Shown here in pieces: positions 29,440 to 39,441 of a stretch of 64,000 bases of DNA. The position numbers and the translations under genes are program-made. The notes beneath the pieces were generated by a model that made no database searches, had not been told where the DNA came from, and was given only the letters and a program-made list of their open reading frames with translations. This DNA is from Candidatus Latescibacterota bacterium (lineage in GTDB: Bacteria; Latescibacterota; UBA2968): contig OZ220741.1 of NCBI GenBank assembly GCA_965116885.1, positions 4,800,001-4,864,000 on the forward strand. Direction: 5' to 3'. Every line of letters begins with the position of its first letter. The first letter of the stretch is position 1.

Positions 29440-29593
29440 GTAAACCTCTGAGGTATAGATCTCATCGTCGTCGAAATTTAGGGGTCGAATTGTCAGAGAT
29501 CAATAAAGTCAACAGAAATGTCCCTGTTCTACAGAGCGGTTTGGCACATGGCAGCGAGCATCCTACTACGACTATCGGTATTGACGACTACTA
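29440..29593 (-). pseudogene. Degenerate copy of the 5' part of the FMN reductase gene
   Basis: Aligns with 28388-28541 (e.g. shared CAGAGCGGTTTGGCACATGGCAGCGAGCA and CGACTATCGGTATTGA) with indels. Confidence 0.85.
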
Positions 29594-29640
29594 TAAAGGA
29601 CGATGGTGGCTTTTTGACGTATTGCAGCTTTCACTGTGTC

Positions 29641-30003
29641 CTACTTATAGACCAGGTGATCAGAAGTACGGTCATGATCTATTTGTACATGAAGCCTTCC
29701 TGGTCGGTGAGATACCGGTTCCCGAATAACGATTTCCACATCGCGCCCAAGTGCCGTCAACAGACGCAGGAGACGCTCCATGGAATACTCACGAAAGTCC
29801 CCTCTCAGGAGACGCGAAACATCAGGTTGGGACAGACCGAGCAATTTCGCCGCCTCGACCTGCTTGAGTCTGCGCTGGCGAATAATCTTGTCAATGCGAG
29901 TGACAAGTTCTGCCTTTAACAAGTGAGCCTCAGCATCAGGCCGCCCCAGGTCGGCGAACACGTTACCACTTCCACGTTCGATATTGATCTCTTTTGTCTT
30001 CAT
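29641..30003 (-). CDS. XRE-family HTH protein, HigA-like antitoxin (orphan)
   Basis: GSGNVFADLG..LKAEL..LKQVEAAKLLGLSQPDVSRLLRG..SMERL..LGRDVEIVI. Confidence 0.85.
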   Translation of the reverse strand: MKTKEINIERGSGNVFADLGRPDAEAHLLKAELVTRIDKIIRQRRLKQVEAAKLLGLSQPDVSRLLRGDFREYSMERLLRLLTALGRDVEIVIREPVSHRPGRLHVQIDHDRTSDHLVYK

Positions 30004-30033
30004 TGCTCTACCCTTCGCCATAGACGTCCCTGT

Positions 30034-30855
30034 TCAACCATGAAAAACTTGCACTTGATCGGACGCTTTTCCCGACACAGTCGCAGGATTGAGTGCTCCC
30101 TCCCCAAAGAGGCGCGGAAACGTCTGACCAGTCTTCAAAGAACGCGTTCTCGCATCCATATAAGTCGCGCTAAAAGCCCTCCGGGGCGACGGAGTCGAAT
30201 TGAGAGCCGAACGGTGGAGCAAAAAATTGTGCAACAGAATAGCCTCTCCCGCCTCGGTCTCCAGATCGATCACATCCTCTGGCCCGGCGTACCTGGCCTG
30301 ATCCTCTTCGGAGGTATAGTGCCGCTTATTGAGAATACCCAGATTATTGCTACCCGGCACAATCTGCATACAGCCACTATCAACAGTGGCAGCATCCAGC
30401 CCAGTCCACACCGTGATAATCGGATTGGTATCAATCCCCCAACCCACGCCGATATCCTGATGCCAGGGCAAAATCGTGCCACTCTCAGCGGGTTTGTTCA
30501 TAAACATAGAACGAAAAACCGAAACATTTTCGCCGATATAGCGACGGGTAATCTGGCGGATAAGAGGATGCTGCATATAAGTGAGAAAGAGAGGATCCTG
30601 TTCCAGATCATCGATGCGTCGATAATGGAGCGTCGGCTCCTGATTCCCCAGTGTGCGATCCATTCTGACATCCGGCGTTTTGGGATTGAGCTGAAAACGC
30701 ATATTTTTATAGCGGACGCGCCCCAGCATAATATCGTCAATGCGTTGCTGCAGGGCGGCCAGTTCCCCAGGCGACAGGAGATGTCCCAGGCGCAGATATC
30801 CCTCAGCCATAAATTGTTCGTGATGCGAGTCGTCAAACGACATGAGAGGATTCAC
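30034..30855 (-). CDS. PhyH family dioxygenase
   Basis: GTG after GAGGAGG; PWHQD, DAATVDSGCMQIVPGS, LLHRS..N..RR. Confidence 0.88.
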   Translation of the reverse strand: MNPLMSFDDSHHEQFMAEGYLRLGHLLSPGELAALQQRIDDIMLGRVRYKNMRFQLNPKTPDVRMDRTLGNQEPTLHYRRIDDLEQDPLFLTYMQHPLIRQITRRYIGENVSVFRSMFMNKPAESGTILPWHQDIGVGWGIDTNPIITVWTGLDAATVDSGCMQIVPGSNNLGILNKRHYTSEEDQARYAGPEDVIDLETEAGEAILLHNFLLHRSALNSTPSPRRAFSATYMDARTRSLKTGQTFPRLFGEGALNPATVSGKASDQVQVFHG

Positions 30856-31036
30856 TGCGTGACCTCCTCAAAAAGTTGAACAGCTTGTGTAATTGACTTC
30901 CAAACTATCACCGGGACTCGCCAGAAGCAACTGAAAAACACCAAGTCCCGCGAAACGGCCCTGCTTGACAGAGACTAAATCTATATATATGATGCCTGAT
31001 ACAGCAAATCGCCAAACACCAGAAAGGTAGAAAGCC

Positions 31037-32413
31037 ATGAGCAATGTACGAGAATTTGGAGCCAGAGGAGATGGCATCGCCGATGATACAAAAGCAATTG
31101 AGGACGCGCTGGCAAAAGGAGATGGAACGCTACAATTTCCAAAAGGCGACTATCTCATTACGCACACGATTAACGTAAACTTAGCCGACAGCGGACGGGT
31201 AAGCATAGATGGATCGGGTGGCGCAGCAAAAATCCTCATGGGTGGTGCAGGACCCGCGTTTCACATCACGGGCACACACAGACGCTCAGCCGACCCCAAA
31301 ACCTTTGAACTGCGCGTCTGGACCCACGAAAGAATGCCCACAATATCAAACCTGGAGATCGAAGGCAAACACCCCGAAGCAGATGGCTTCTTGCTAACAG
31401 GCACCATGCAGGCGACCTTCGAAGGCGTACTCTTGCGAAAGCTAAACCACGCCATCCACATACGCGACCGCGCCCGAAATGTGCTTATCTCCCACTGCCA
31501 TCTGCACGACAATCGCGGCGCAGGCATTTTCCTCGATCACGTAGATCTACACCAAATCATCGTAACGGGTTCCCACATCAGCTATTGCAAACGCGGAGGC
31601 ATCAAAATCATCGGCTCGCAAATCCGCAACTTGCAAATCACTGGCAACGACATCGAATACAACTACGACGCAAATGCAGACCGATCCGCAGACATCTGGA
31701 TCGACACCAGCGACGGAGTCTCCTCAGTCCGCGAAGGCACCATATCTGGCAACACCATCCAGGCAAAACCCTCGCCTGGCGGCGCAAATATATTGATGAT
31801 CGGCCACTCTCCCCAAACGAATAACAAAGTAGGCATGTTCACCATCGCGGGAAATTTGATCGGCTCGCAACAAAATAACATCCACCTCATTGCAGCCAGA
31901 GGCGTCACCATCACGGGAAATGCGATCTACAATGGAGTCAACAGAAACCTCCTGGTGGAACACGCGCAAAACATCGTAATCGGCAGCAACAGCTTTGACC
32001 ACAATCCCGATTACGGTCCCTCGCGCTGCACTGGCGTCCAATTTATAAACAGCACAGACAGTATTATGAGCGGATCAACGCTTCAAGAATTCAAAGGCAT
32101 TCAGGATGAAGAAGACGATCGTCAGGGTCTATTGGAAATCATCCGTTGCGCCCGACTCACTGTAAACGGCTGCCAGACCCTGGACGGCTATCCCAGCGCA
32201 ATATACGTATCCAACTCCGACGACACCAGCATCACCGGATGTACACTACTCGAAAGGCGGAAACAAAAAGAAACCGTTTCAACCATCCGCTGGAACGGCA
32301 CAGGCAGTGGCAATTTATTGAGCAACAACCGGATTGGAAACGGCACAGCAGGTGCATTATCCATAGACAAAGCCGCTGACGTTCAAACCAGCCATAATCG
32401 GATGGATAACTAA
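31037..32413 (+). CDS. Right-handed parallel beta-helix protein (pectate lyase superfamily-like), no signal peptide
   Basis: NVREFGARGDGIADDTKAI..FPKGDY; repeated ITGNxI/ISGNxI. Confidence 0.8.
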   Translation: MSNVREFGARGDGIADDTKAIEDALAKGDGTLQFPKGDYLITHTINVNLADSGRVSIDGSGGAAKILMGGAGPAFHITGTHRRSADPKTFELRVWTHERMPTISNLEIEGKHPEADGFLLTGTMQATFEGVLLRKLNHAIHIRDRARNVLISHCHLHDNRGAGIFLDHVDLHQIIVTGSHISYCKRGGIKIIGSQIRNLQITGNDIEYNYDANADRSADIWIDTSDGVSSVREGTISGNTIQAKPSPGGANILMIGHSPQTNNKVGMFTIAGNLIGSQQNNIHLIAARGVTITGNAIYNGVNRNLLVEHAQNIVIGSNSFDHNPDYGPSRCTGVQFINSTDSIMSGSTLQEFKGIQDEEDDRQGLLEIIRCARLTVNGCQTLDGYPSAIYVSNSDDTSITGCTLLERRKQKETVSTIRWNGTGSGNLLSNNRIGNGTAGALSIDKAADVQTSHNRMDN

Positions 32414-32423
32414 GGAGATAAAC

Positions 32424-33539
32424 TTGTCTTTAAAACCCGACCACTCAAAAGTACCTGGCGTCGTGATAGATCACATACCCGCCAGTACAAAACAATACGT
32501 GGGTAGCCCGAGCATCGTCATCATGCCCAACGGCGACTACACAACATCCCATGATTTTTTTGGACCGGGAACGAACTATGATCGCATGGCCGTATTTCGT
32601 TCGCGTGACAAAGGCGAAACCTGGACGCAGATATCCGAACTGATCGGCCAATGGTGGTCCAATCTGTTTTTGCACAAAGGCGACCTCTATCTGCTCGGCA
32701 CAAGCCGCGAATGTGGCTATGCCGTAATTCGGCGATCTACGGACGGGGGTAAAACATGGACAGTGCCTAAAGACAAACACACCGGACAAATCTCTGCGGA
32801 GGATCGCTATCACTGTGCCCCAATGCCAGTCGTCGCTCACAATGGCTATCTCTGGCGCGCATTTGAATTGACACATGGTCCGAGAGAAGAGTGGAAAGCG
32901 CAGGTTCTTTCCGTACCCGAAGATGCAGATCTGCTTCAAGCTGAGAACTGGCGATTTAGCGAAGCGTATCAACACCTCTGGTCAAGTTCACAGTGGATTG
33001 AAGGCAATATTGTGATCACGCCAGATAATAAACTGGTAAACATCTTGCGTTCAAATTTACGAAATGTCTCGCCCGAAGAGATACAGGCGGGAAGCGATAA
33101 AGCGGCTATTTTGCACATCTCAGAAGATGGCAAAACATTGACACACGATCGGGACAGAGACCTGATCGATTTTCCGGGTGGCGGTGTAAAATTCACAATT
33201 CGATTTGACGATCAAACACGGCGCTATTGGTCACTGGGAGGCAAACAAACCGATCCGCTGGCAAAACGAAACACACTGGTCTTGACATCGTCTGCAAATT
33301 TGCAAACCTGGCGAATCGAATCCGTGATCCTGCACCATCCCGACCCAAAGAAACACGCATTTCAATACGTTGACTGGCAATTTGAAGGAACAGATCTCAT
33401 AGTGGCATCGCGCACAGCCTATGACGATGGCCTGGGAGGCGCGCACAATGACCATGACGCGAACTATTTGACATTTCACCGAATTAAAAATTTCAAAGAT
33501 CGAACGATAGACGACCCGCCCTTAAATGAGAAAGAGTAG
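32424..33539 (+). CDS. BNR/Asp-box beta-propeller (sialidase-like glycosidase)
   Basis: SRDKGETW and STDGGKTW Asp-boxes; FQYVDW; TTG start after TAAGGAG; GSP replaces the canonical RIP. Confidence 0.75.
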   Translation: MSLKPDHSKVPGVVIDHIPASTKQYVGSPSIVIMPNGDYTTSHDFFGPGTNYDRMAVFRSRDKGETWTQISELIGQWWSNLFLHKGDLYLLGTSRECGYAVIRRSTDGGKTWTVPKDKHTGQISAEDRYHCAPMPVVAHNGYLWRAFELTHGPREEWKAQVLSVPEDADLLQAENWRFSEAYQHLWSSSQWIEGNIVITPDNKLVNILRSNLRNVSPEEIQAGSDKAAILHISEDGKTLTHDRDRDLIDFPGGGVKFTIRFDDQTRRYWSLGGKQTDPLAKRNTLVLTSSANLQTWRIESVILHHPDPKKHAFQYVDWQFEGTDLIVASRTAYDDGLGGAHNDHDANYLTFHRIKNFKDRTIDDPPLNEKE

Positions 33540-33556
33540 CTCTCGGAGAGGATATA

Positions 33557-35200
33557 ATGCAAGCAATTCAGAACCTGCAGCCAGACAGGGTATTTTACAA
33601 TGGCAACCTGATCACCATGGCCGACCGCGGCGGGACTGCGGTTGCCGTATTGAATGGGTCTATATGCGCTGTGGGATCTGATCGTGAAATTATGGACCTT
33701 GCAGGACCCGACACCGAGCACACCGACCTGGCGGGAAAAACCATGCTACCCGGGTTTTACGACACGCATGGACACTTCCCAAGCGCAGGACTCGTGGCTG
33801 TTTCCTCTGTAAATTGCAATTCTCCGCCAATGGGACCCGTGGAAAAAATCGATGATATTGTCCAGCTATTGGCAGAACGGGCCAAAGGAATACCAGAGGG
33901 CCAGTGGGTATTGGGTAGGGGTTACGACGATACCCTGCTGGAGGAGAAACGGCATCCCACACGAACAGACCTGGATCGAGCTTCACAGAACCACCCGATT
34001 TGCATCGTCCACACCTCGGGCCATTTTGCTGCAGCAAATACACGCGCATTGGAACGCGCCGGAGTCCATTCCGATACGCCCAATCCAACGGGTGGCGTAA
34101 TTCGCAAGGATCTCATCACGGGAGAGCCGGACGGTGTTCTGGAAGAGACCGCAATGCGCCCGGTGAGAAACCTGATTCCGCCATTGAACGAAGCCCAGTG
34201 GTTTGAGGGATTAGAGATCGCCGTAGATGAATATATCCGCGAAGGTGTAACCTCAATAGTAATCGCCGGCTGTAACCGCCGCGACATTGCGCGACTGCAA
34301 ACCGCTATCGACAGCGGCAAGCTGCCGTTGCGCGTGGTTTGCATGACCGGGAAAAGCAAGCCGGGGCAACCGTCGATTCTGGAGACAAGTGGATTGAAAA
34401 CGGGTTTTGGAACAGACCGCTTGCGATTGGGAGCGGTAAAAATGTTTCAGGATGGATCCATCCAGGGCTATACGGGTTATCTGAGCAAACCCTATCACGA
34501 ACCATTTATGGGCGATACCCAGTATCGCGGCTATCCAATGCGTAGTCGAGAAGCATTGGTAGAGATGGTGGATGAAGCCCATCGGGCGGGCAAGCAGATT
34601 GCGATACACGGCAATGGAGACGCGGCGATTGACGATATTTTATCTGCCTATGAACAGGCGCAACAAAAAACACCCCGCACAGATACGCGGCATCGCATTG
34701 AGCACTGCCAAACCGTAAGAGAAGACCAACTCGATAAAATGCAGACACTGGGCGTGACACCCTCTTTCTTCGTTCAGCACACCTATTACTGGGGAGACCG
34801 CCACGAGGCGATTTTCTTAGGACCAGAGCGGGCGCATCGCATCAGCCCATTGAAATCGGCGTCTGATCGAGGAATTCGCTATACCATCCACAACGACTCG
34901 CCAGTAACCCCGACCAAATCGCTCTTTTCCGTCTGGTCCGCAGTGAACCGTCTCTCGCGCAGTGGGCAGTGTATGGGCGAAGCACAGCGAATCGGTCTGG
35001 AACAGGCATTTCGGGCAATCACAATTGACGCAGCCTGGCAAAACTTTGAAGAAGATGTAAAAGGATCAATCGAGGTGGGCAAACTGGCGGACTTTGTGGT
35101 TTTAGAATCAGATCCATTTGCAGGAGATATATTGGCTATAAAGGATATTGCCGTACAGGAAACAATTGTGGGAGGCAAAACATTTTATCGCAAAGCGTGA
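33557..35200 (+). CDS. Amidohydrolase family 3 (YtcJ-like)
   Basis: PGFYDTHGH, KMFQDGS, IHGNGD, RHRIEH, HNDSP, GSIEVGKLADFVVL. Confidence 0.92.
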   Translation: MQAIQNLQPDRVFYNGNLITMADRGGTAVAVLNGSICAVGSDREIMDLAGPDTEHTDLAGKTMLPGFYDTHGHFPSAGLVAVSSVNCNSPPMGPVEKIDDIVQLLAERAKGIPEGQWVLGRGYDDTLLEEKRHPTRTDLDRASQNHPICIVHTSGHFAAANTRALERAGVHSDTPNPTGGVIRKDLITGEPDGVLEETAMRPVRNLIPPLNEAQWFEGLEIAVDEYIREGVTSIVIAGCNRRDIARLQTAIDSGKLPLRVVCMTGKSKPGQPSILETSGLKTGFGTDRLRLGAVKMFQDGSIQGYTGYLSKPYHEPFMGDTQYRGYPMRSREALVEMVDEAHRAGKQIAIHGNGDAAIDDILSAYEQAQQKTPRTDTRHRIEHCQTVREDQLDKMQTLGVTPSFFVQHTYYWGDRHEAIFLGPERAHRISPLKSASDRGIRYTIHNDSPVTPTKSLFSVWSAVNRLSRSGQCMGEAQRIGLEQAFRAITIDAAWQNFEEDVKGSIEVGKLADFVVLESDPFAGDILAIKDIAVQETIVGGKTFYRKA

Positions 35201-35231
35201 TAACAACCGCAGAATATAATCATTTAGAAAG

Positions 35232-35272
35232 AAAAGAACGGCAACGTTTCAGCAGTTTGCCGTTCTTTTTTT
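35232..35272. terminator. Intrinsic terminator, potentially bidirectional
   Basis: AAAAGAACGGCAA..TTGCCGTTCTTTTTTT. Confidence 0.85.
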
Positions 35273-35307
35273 AGTGATCACAATATACCGGACAGAATTC
35301 ATTTTAC

Positions 35308-35336
35308 TTGCATTCTCAAATCAAGTGCATTAATAT
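35308..35336 (+). promoter_or_regulatory. Candidate sigma70 promoter of receptor operon 2
   Basis: TTGCAT-17-TAATAT with an ACTTG..CAAGT inverted repeat over it, in an AT-rich tract. Confidence 0.4.
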
Positions 35337-35403
35337 ACCAAAGTAATATATTTTATGTCTAAAATAAGTTTTAAATATTATAAAAAACTAAAATTAATAT
35401 CGG

Positions 35404-35453
35404 TAAGGAGGTCAAATGATCTGATGCTATTGCGTCTTCGGAAATCTATTTGA
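35404..35453 (+). promoter_or_regulatory. Leader with perfect SD, Met-Ile-stop minigene (35416-35424) and overlapping 9-codon uORF (35424-35453)
   Basis: TAAGGAGGT-CAA-ATG ATC TGA; TGATG overlap starts MLLRLRKSI*. Confidence 0.5.
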
Positions 35454-35485
35454 CACAACAATATCCATAAGCAAAGGAGGCTCTG

Positions 35486-36184
35486 TTGAAAAAGATATTC
35501 TCGATTTTATGCATTGTCGTGCTGTTGCCTGCGCATTCGACAACAGCACGAGAAGGTGCTTTTGGCGCTGGCGGCTTTTTCGACCTCTACATTCCCGTCT
35601 TCAACTTTAAAGATATGTACGATAGTGGTACAAAATTTGGAGGCACAGCGCATTATATTTATCACAAGCGCAAGATGGTCGAAGTAGAATTTCACCATGC
35701 CCGCTTTAACAATGGTAGCCTTGAAACACGCACCTTCAGTTTCAGCGACGGTAAAGAGTACACCAGCCCACAAGCCGAAGCCAACATGACCATTAACAGC
35801 ATCAATGCCAACTGGCTATTTGCACTGCGGGAACAGGGGTTTGGCCAGGGCACAACGCTCTATCTCACATTTGGCGCGGGCCTTCACGATTATTCCAGCA
35901 AAGTCAGCGGTCTGATCTTTGCCGGTCAAACACCTTCAGGTGCTGGCGCGCCCCCCGACCCAACCATCCTCCTGGAACCCATCAACGACACGCGCACAGC
36001 CTTTAGTGCCAGCTTTGGCGGCGGGGTTCAAATCGGTATGGGGGACAAAGCCGCGTTAGATTTGCGTGCACGCTATAATATTGTGATGGGAGAGTTGCGC
36101 CCCTTCCTTGTTTGGGGCATTGAAAAAACATATCCCTTCAACCTCATTGATATCGGTGCAGGTATCAAATTCAACTTAAATTAA
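35486..36184 (+). CDS. Small outer-membrane beta-barrel protein
   Basis: TTG after AAAGGAGG; signal peptide; LYLTFGAG, LDLRARYNIVMGELRP (cf. LDIRGRYHMILGDLRP in 9779-10471). Confidence 0.75.
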   Translation: MKKIFSILCIVVLLPAHSTTAREGAFGAGGFFDLYIPVFNFKDMYDSGTKFGGTAHYIYHKRKMVEVEFHHARFNNGSLETRTFSFSDGKEYTSPQAEANMTINSINANWLFALREQGFGQGTTLYLTFGAGLHDYSSKVSGLIFAGQTPSGAGAPPDPTILLEPINDTRTAFSASFGGGVQIGMGDKAALDLRARYNIVMGELRPFLVWGIEKTYPFNLIDIGAGIKFNLN

Positions 36185-36196
36185 GGAGAGCCGCGA

Positions 36197-39100
36197 ATGA
36201 AACGAATCGTTATGCTTTTCATACTTCTGTGTTTTGCCTCTCACCTCCAGGCAGGCACCACGGGTAAAATTGCTGGTATCATCAAAGACGACCGGGGCAA
36301 TCCGCTTCCCGGCGCCAATGTAATCGTAGAAGGCACGCGACTCGGCGCCGTGGCAGATGCCGATGGTAGCTATTTTATCATCAATATCCTGCCGGGAAGA
36401 TACACACTCACGGCCTCGCTTATCGGATATACCAATCAGACCCAGAGCGATGTATCGGTCAAAACGGATTTCACCACGCCTCTCAACTTTGAACTCAAAG
36501 AAACCACCGTCGAATTGGCCGAACTCACAGTCGTGGCCGAACGCCCACCCGTGGAAAAAGACAAAACCACGAGCAAATACATCATGGGTGGTGATACGAT
36601 TGATCGCCTATCTACAGCGGCAAACACCTCAGAACTCATGAGCCTTCAGGCCGGCGTCTCTCTCGACAACAACGAACCCGCCATTCGCGGCAGCTATCAG
36701 GGCAACCGGGGCAACTCGGAAACACTCGTCTATGTGGATGGCGTCGTCATGGATGCGGGCACTGCCCGGGGCGATGTTCAATTTGTCGGGGTCAACAGCC
36801 ACGCCGTGCAAGAAATCACCGTCATCACTGGCGGGATGGAAGCCGAATACGGCAATGCCACATCTGGCACCATTCACATCATCACCCGAGAAGGCGGCAA
36901 AAATTTTCACGGCAAAGGCGGCTTCACCTATATTCCACCGGGCAAAAAACACTGGGGTGGCAATGTCTATGACAGCCCCATCCACAAAGGCAGAATGAAA
37001 TGGGGCGATGCGACATGGGAAAATGAAACATACACAGATCCCGGTCCAGATCGTCAGATGGGAACGGGCGACGACATCACCCGCCTGGCACACGAGCGCA
37101 CGGACTACACCGGCATTCACGGTTATGAAGTCGATGGGTCTCTCTCGGGTCCATTGTTGGGAAATGCTTCCTTTTTTGTTACGGCACAGCACGAGGGACA
37201 AGCCTCGCATTTTCCCTCTCCCACCAAACGCGGCATCTTCCACCAGGCCGTCTCGACATCTCCACAAACCGCCCGCTGGATCGAATCGCCCTACAACATC
37301 AAAGGCACCTACAAACTGGCCTGGGATGTGCAGTCCAACATAAAAGTTAAAGTCGGCGGGGTCTATGCGCGCCACGAAGCCTATCAGGTCGGCGAGGGGG
37401 AAAGCTGGGTACAGGGCGTCAAGCGCACCGTTGGTCGGGAACTCCAGGGCATCGACATCTTTCTTCCCGCAAACGAAGCCGGTGCAGGCATCGCCAACGT
37501 CAAACACGACCTGGCGTACATATCCCTCACACATACCCTGAGCAACAAAACCTTTTACGAAGCCCGGCTATCTTATTACCGCGACGCCACAGACACCACC
37601 AATGTGCCGGGTGTCACCAGCCAATTTGGCGGCGGCATTACAGAACCACTCAGAAAAGATCAGGACGGGGTATTCACCATTGGCCCCAGACGGGTCTCCA
37701 TCTGGATCAACGACCACCGCGCCCGCCTCAACTTCAAACTCGATTATTCCAGCCAGATCAACAAGAACCACTTTATCAAAACGGGCATTGATCTGACGCG
37801 ACACACCTACTGGTGGAACCAGATCAACTGGCCGCAGGCGGGCAAATCGCGCTATCAACTCGCGGGCGTGCCCTACGAAATGGGCGAACCCATTCACCCC
37901 ATCCAATCCGCCTTTTACCTCCAGGACAAAATGGAATTTGAAGGCATCATCGTCAACCTGGGCATCCGCTACGACAGACACGACCACAACGGCGATTTTT
38001 ACTCCCCACTTGCCAACAATGCCTGGGGCGGAGCACCCATGACCAACTCGTGGTCCCGGCAACGCAAATTTATGCCGCGCACGACTGTATCCACCAAATC
38101 GGCCTGGAGTCCTCGTCTGGGCGTTTCACATCCCATTACAGCCAATGCCATCATTCGATTTTCCTACGGCATCTTTCACCAGATGCCCGGGTTCTGGCAC
38201 CTCTATTCCTACGAATGGCGAGGCGTTGCACCCCCGGAAGACTTCAACAACAATGGCCAAATCGACGATACCGAATGGCTCAATAAAAACAACCAGCGAG
38301 CCACCACGGGCAATCCCCACCTGGATTACAAACGCTCCACCAATTTCGAGGTGGGCACAGACTGGAACTTCTATCAAGACTTTGTCCTGAGCTTCACCAC
38401 TTATCAGCAAAGCGTTGACGGTCAGGTTCGATTCGGCAATGCCCTGTGGCGAGATCCCAGCCGCAAAAGTCAGGTGGGGCGCAACACACCGCTGGGTTAT
38501 GTTTTTACAGACAATCGCGGATTTGAAATGAGCCTGCGAAAGGACTTCAGCCAGAACTTCTCCTTCCAGGTCGCGTACAACCACCAGTGGCAGTCGGGAG
38601 GCAACGCGGGAATCAACCGGATTATTTACTTTCCCAACTCGCAATTTGTCGCATCAGATCTCTATTTCATCCAGCACACCAAAGACACCAACGGCGATGG
38701 CTCAGTAAATGCCAGCGACGACGGCTCAGAAGCAAAAGTGCCGCTCACACCGCAGCAAATTCAGGACATCGGCGCCGAAGCAGACCGCTATATCCAGACC
38801 ATCCGAGAGGGTACCAACCCCGACTGGAATCCGCTGACCGACAGCGAAATTCAGGAAGTGGAAAATCTTCCAGGTGTCTTCTTTTTCACCCGCAACACCA
38901 CCTCTGATCGAAGTGCGGGACGCGGTGGTGCCGCAGAAACCGCTGGTTTTGGTGACCGGCGCGGCACTATGAAAATTGCATTTACGTATGAAACGCCAAT
39001 GCATTACGGTCCAGCCCTCGGCGGTTTCCGGCTCAATGTGATCAACACCCTGAAAACGGGACGTCGAATCAACATTCCGCATCCCACACAGGGCAATGTC

Positions 39101-39418
39101 GAGCGATTTGGTCCTATGGAAACCAAGACCCACCTGTCTTTGGAAAAACGCTTCCGCACAGGTCGAACCGAAGCCACCCTGTTTATGAACGTGTACAACT
39201 TCTTCAATCAGCGCGACCCGGCCACCGAATATTTCTGGCGCGGTCCCTGGTTTGATCGACACAGACAGGGACCACAGGCCGAACTCTGGTATCTCTACGG
39301 CATGGACATGCCCAAACCCACGGACAAAAATTATATCAACTTCGGCGATACCAAAGAATACCACCGCTGGGCTGGTCGCCCCCGAGAGATCAGCGTAGGT
39401 CTCCAGCTCGGATTTTAA
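36197..39418 (+). CDS. TonB-dependent receptor
   Basis: GTTGKIAG..LPGANV; VQEITVITGGMEAEYGNATSGTIHIITREG; YLQDKMEF; SPRLGVSHPI; C-terminal Phe. Confidence 0.92.
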   Translation: MKRIVMLFILLCFASHLQAGTTGKIAGIIKDDRGNPLPGANVIVEGTRLGAVADADGSYFIINILPGRYTLTASLIGYTNQTQSDVSVKTDFTTPLNFELKETTVELAELTVVAERPPVEKDKTTSKYIMGGDTIDRLSTAANTSELMSLQAGVSLDNNEPAIRGSYQGNRGNSETLVYVDGVVMDAGTARGDVQFVGVNSHAVQEITVITGGMEAEYGNATSGTIHIITREGGKNFHGKGGFTYIPPGKKHWGGNVYDSPIHKGRMKWGDATWENETYTDPGPDRQMGTGDDITRLAHERTDYTGIHGYEVDGSLSGPLLGNASFFVTAQHEGQASHFPSPTKRGIFHQAVSTSPQTARWIESPYNIKGTYKLAWDVQSNIKVKVGGVYARHEAYQVGEGESWVQGVKRTVGRELQGIDIFLPANEAGAGIANVKHDLAYISLTHTLSNKTFYEARLSYYRDATDTTNVPGVTSQFGGGITEPLRKDQDGVFTIGPRRVSIWINDHRARLNFKLDYSSQINKNHFIKTGIDLTRHTYWWNQINWPQAGKSRYQLAGVPYEMGEPIHPIQSAFYLQDKMEFEGIIVNLGIRYDRHDHNGDFYSPLANNAWGGAPMTNSWSRQRKFMPRTTVSTKSAWSPRLGVSHPITANAIIRFSYGIFHQMPGFWHLYSYEWRGVAPPEDFNNNGQIDDTEWLNKNNQRATTGNPHLDYKRSTNFEVGTDWNFYQDFVLSFTTYQQSVDGQVRFGNALWRDPSRKSQVGRNTPLGYVFTDNRGFEMSLRKDFSQNFSFQVAYNHQWQSGGNAGINRIIYFPNSQFVASDLYFIQHTKDTNGDGSVNASDDGSEAKVPLTPQQIQDIGAEADRYIQTIREGTNPDWNPLTDSEIQEVENLPGVFFFTRNTTSDRSAGRGGAAETAGFGDRRGTMKIAFTYETPMHYGPALGGFRLNVINTLKTGRRINIPHPTQGNVERFGPMETKTHLSLEKRFRTGRTEATLFMNVYNFFNQRDPATEYFWRGPWFDRHRQGPQAELWYLYGMDMPKPTDKNYINFGDTKEYHRWAGRPREISVGLQLGF

Positions 39419-39441
39419 TTTCGTTATCAAGGAGCAATAAC

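Noticed and set aside
32424..33539. Firm sialidase call
   Set aside because: Asp-boxes are present but the RIP motif is replaced, so the substrate cannot be assigned
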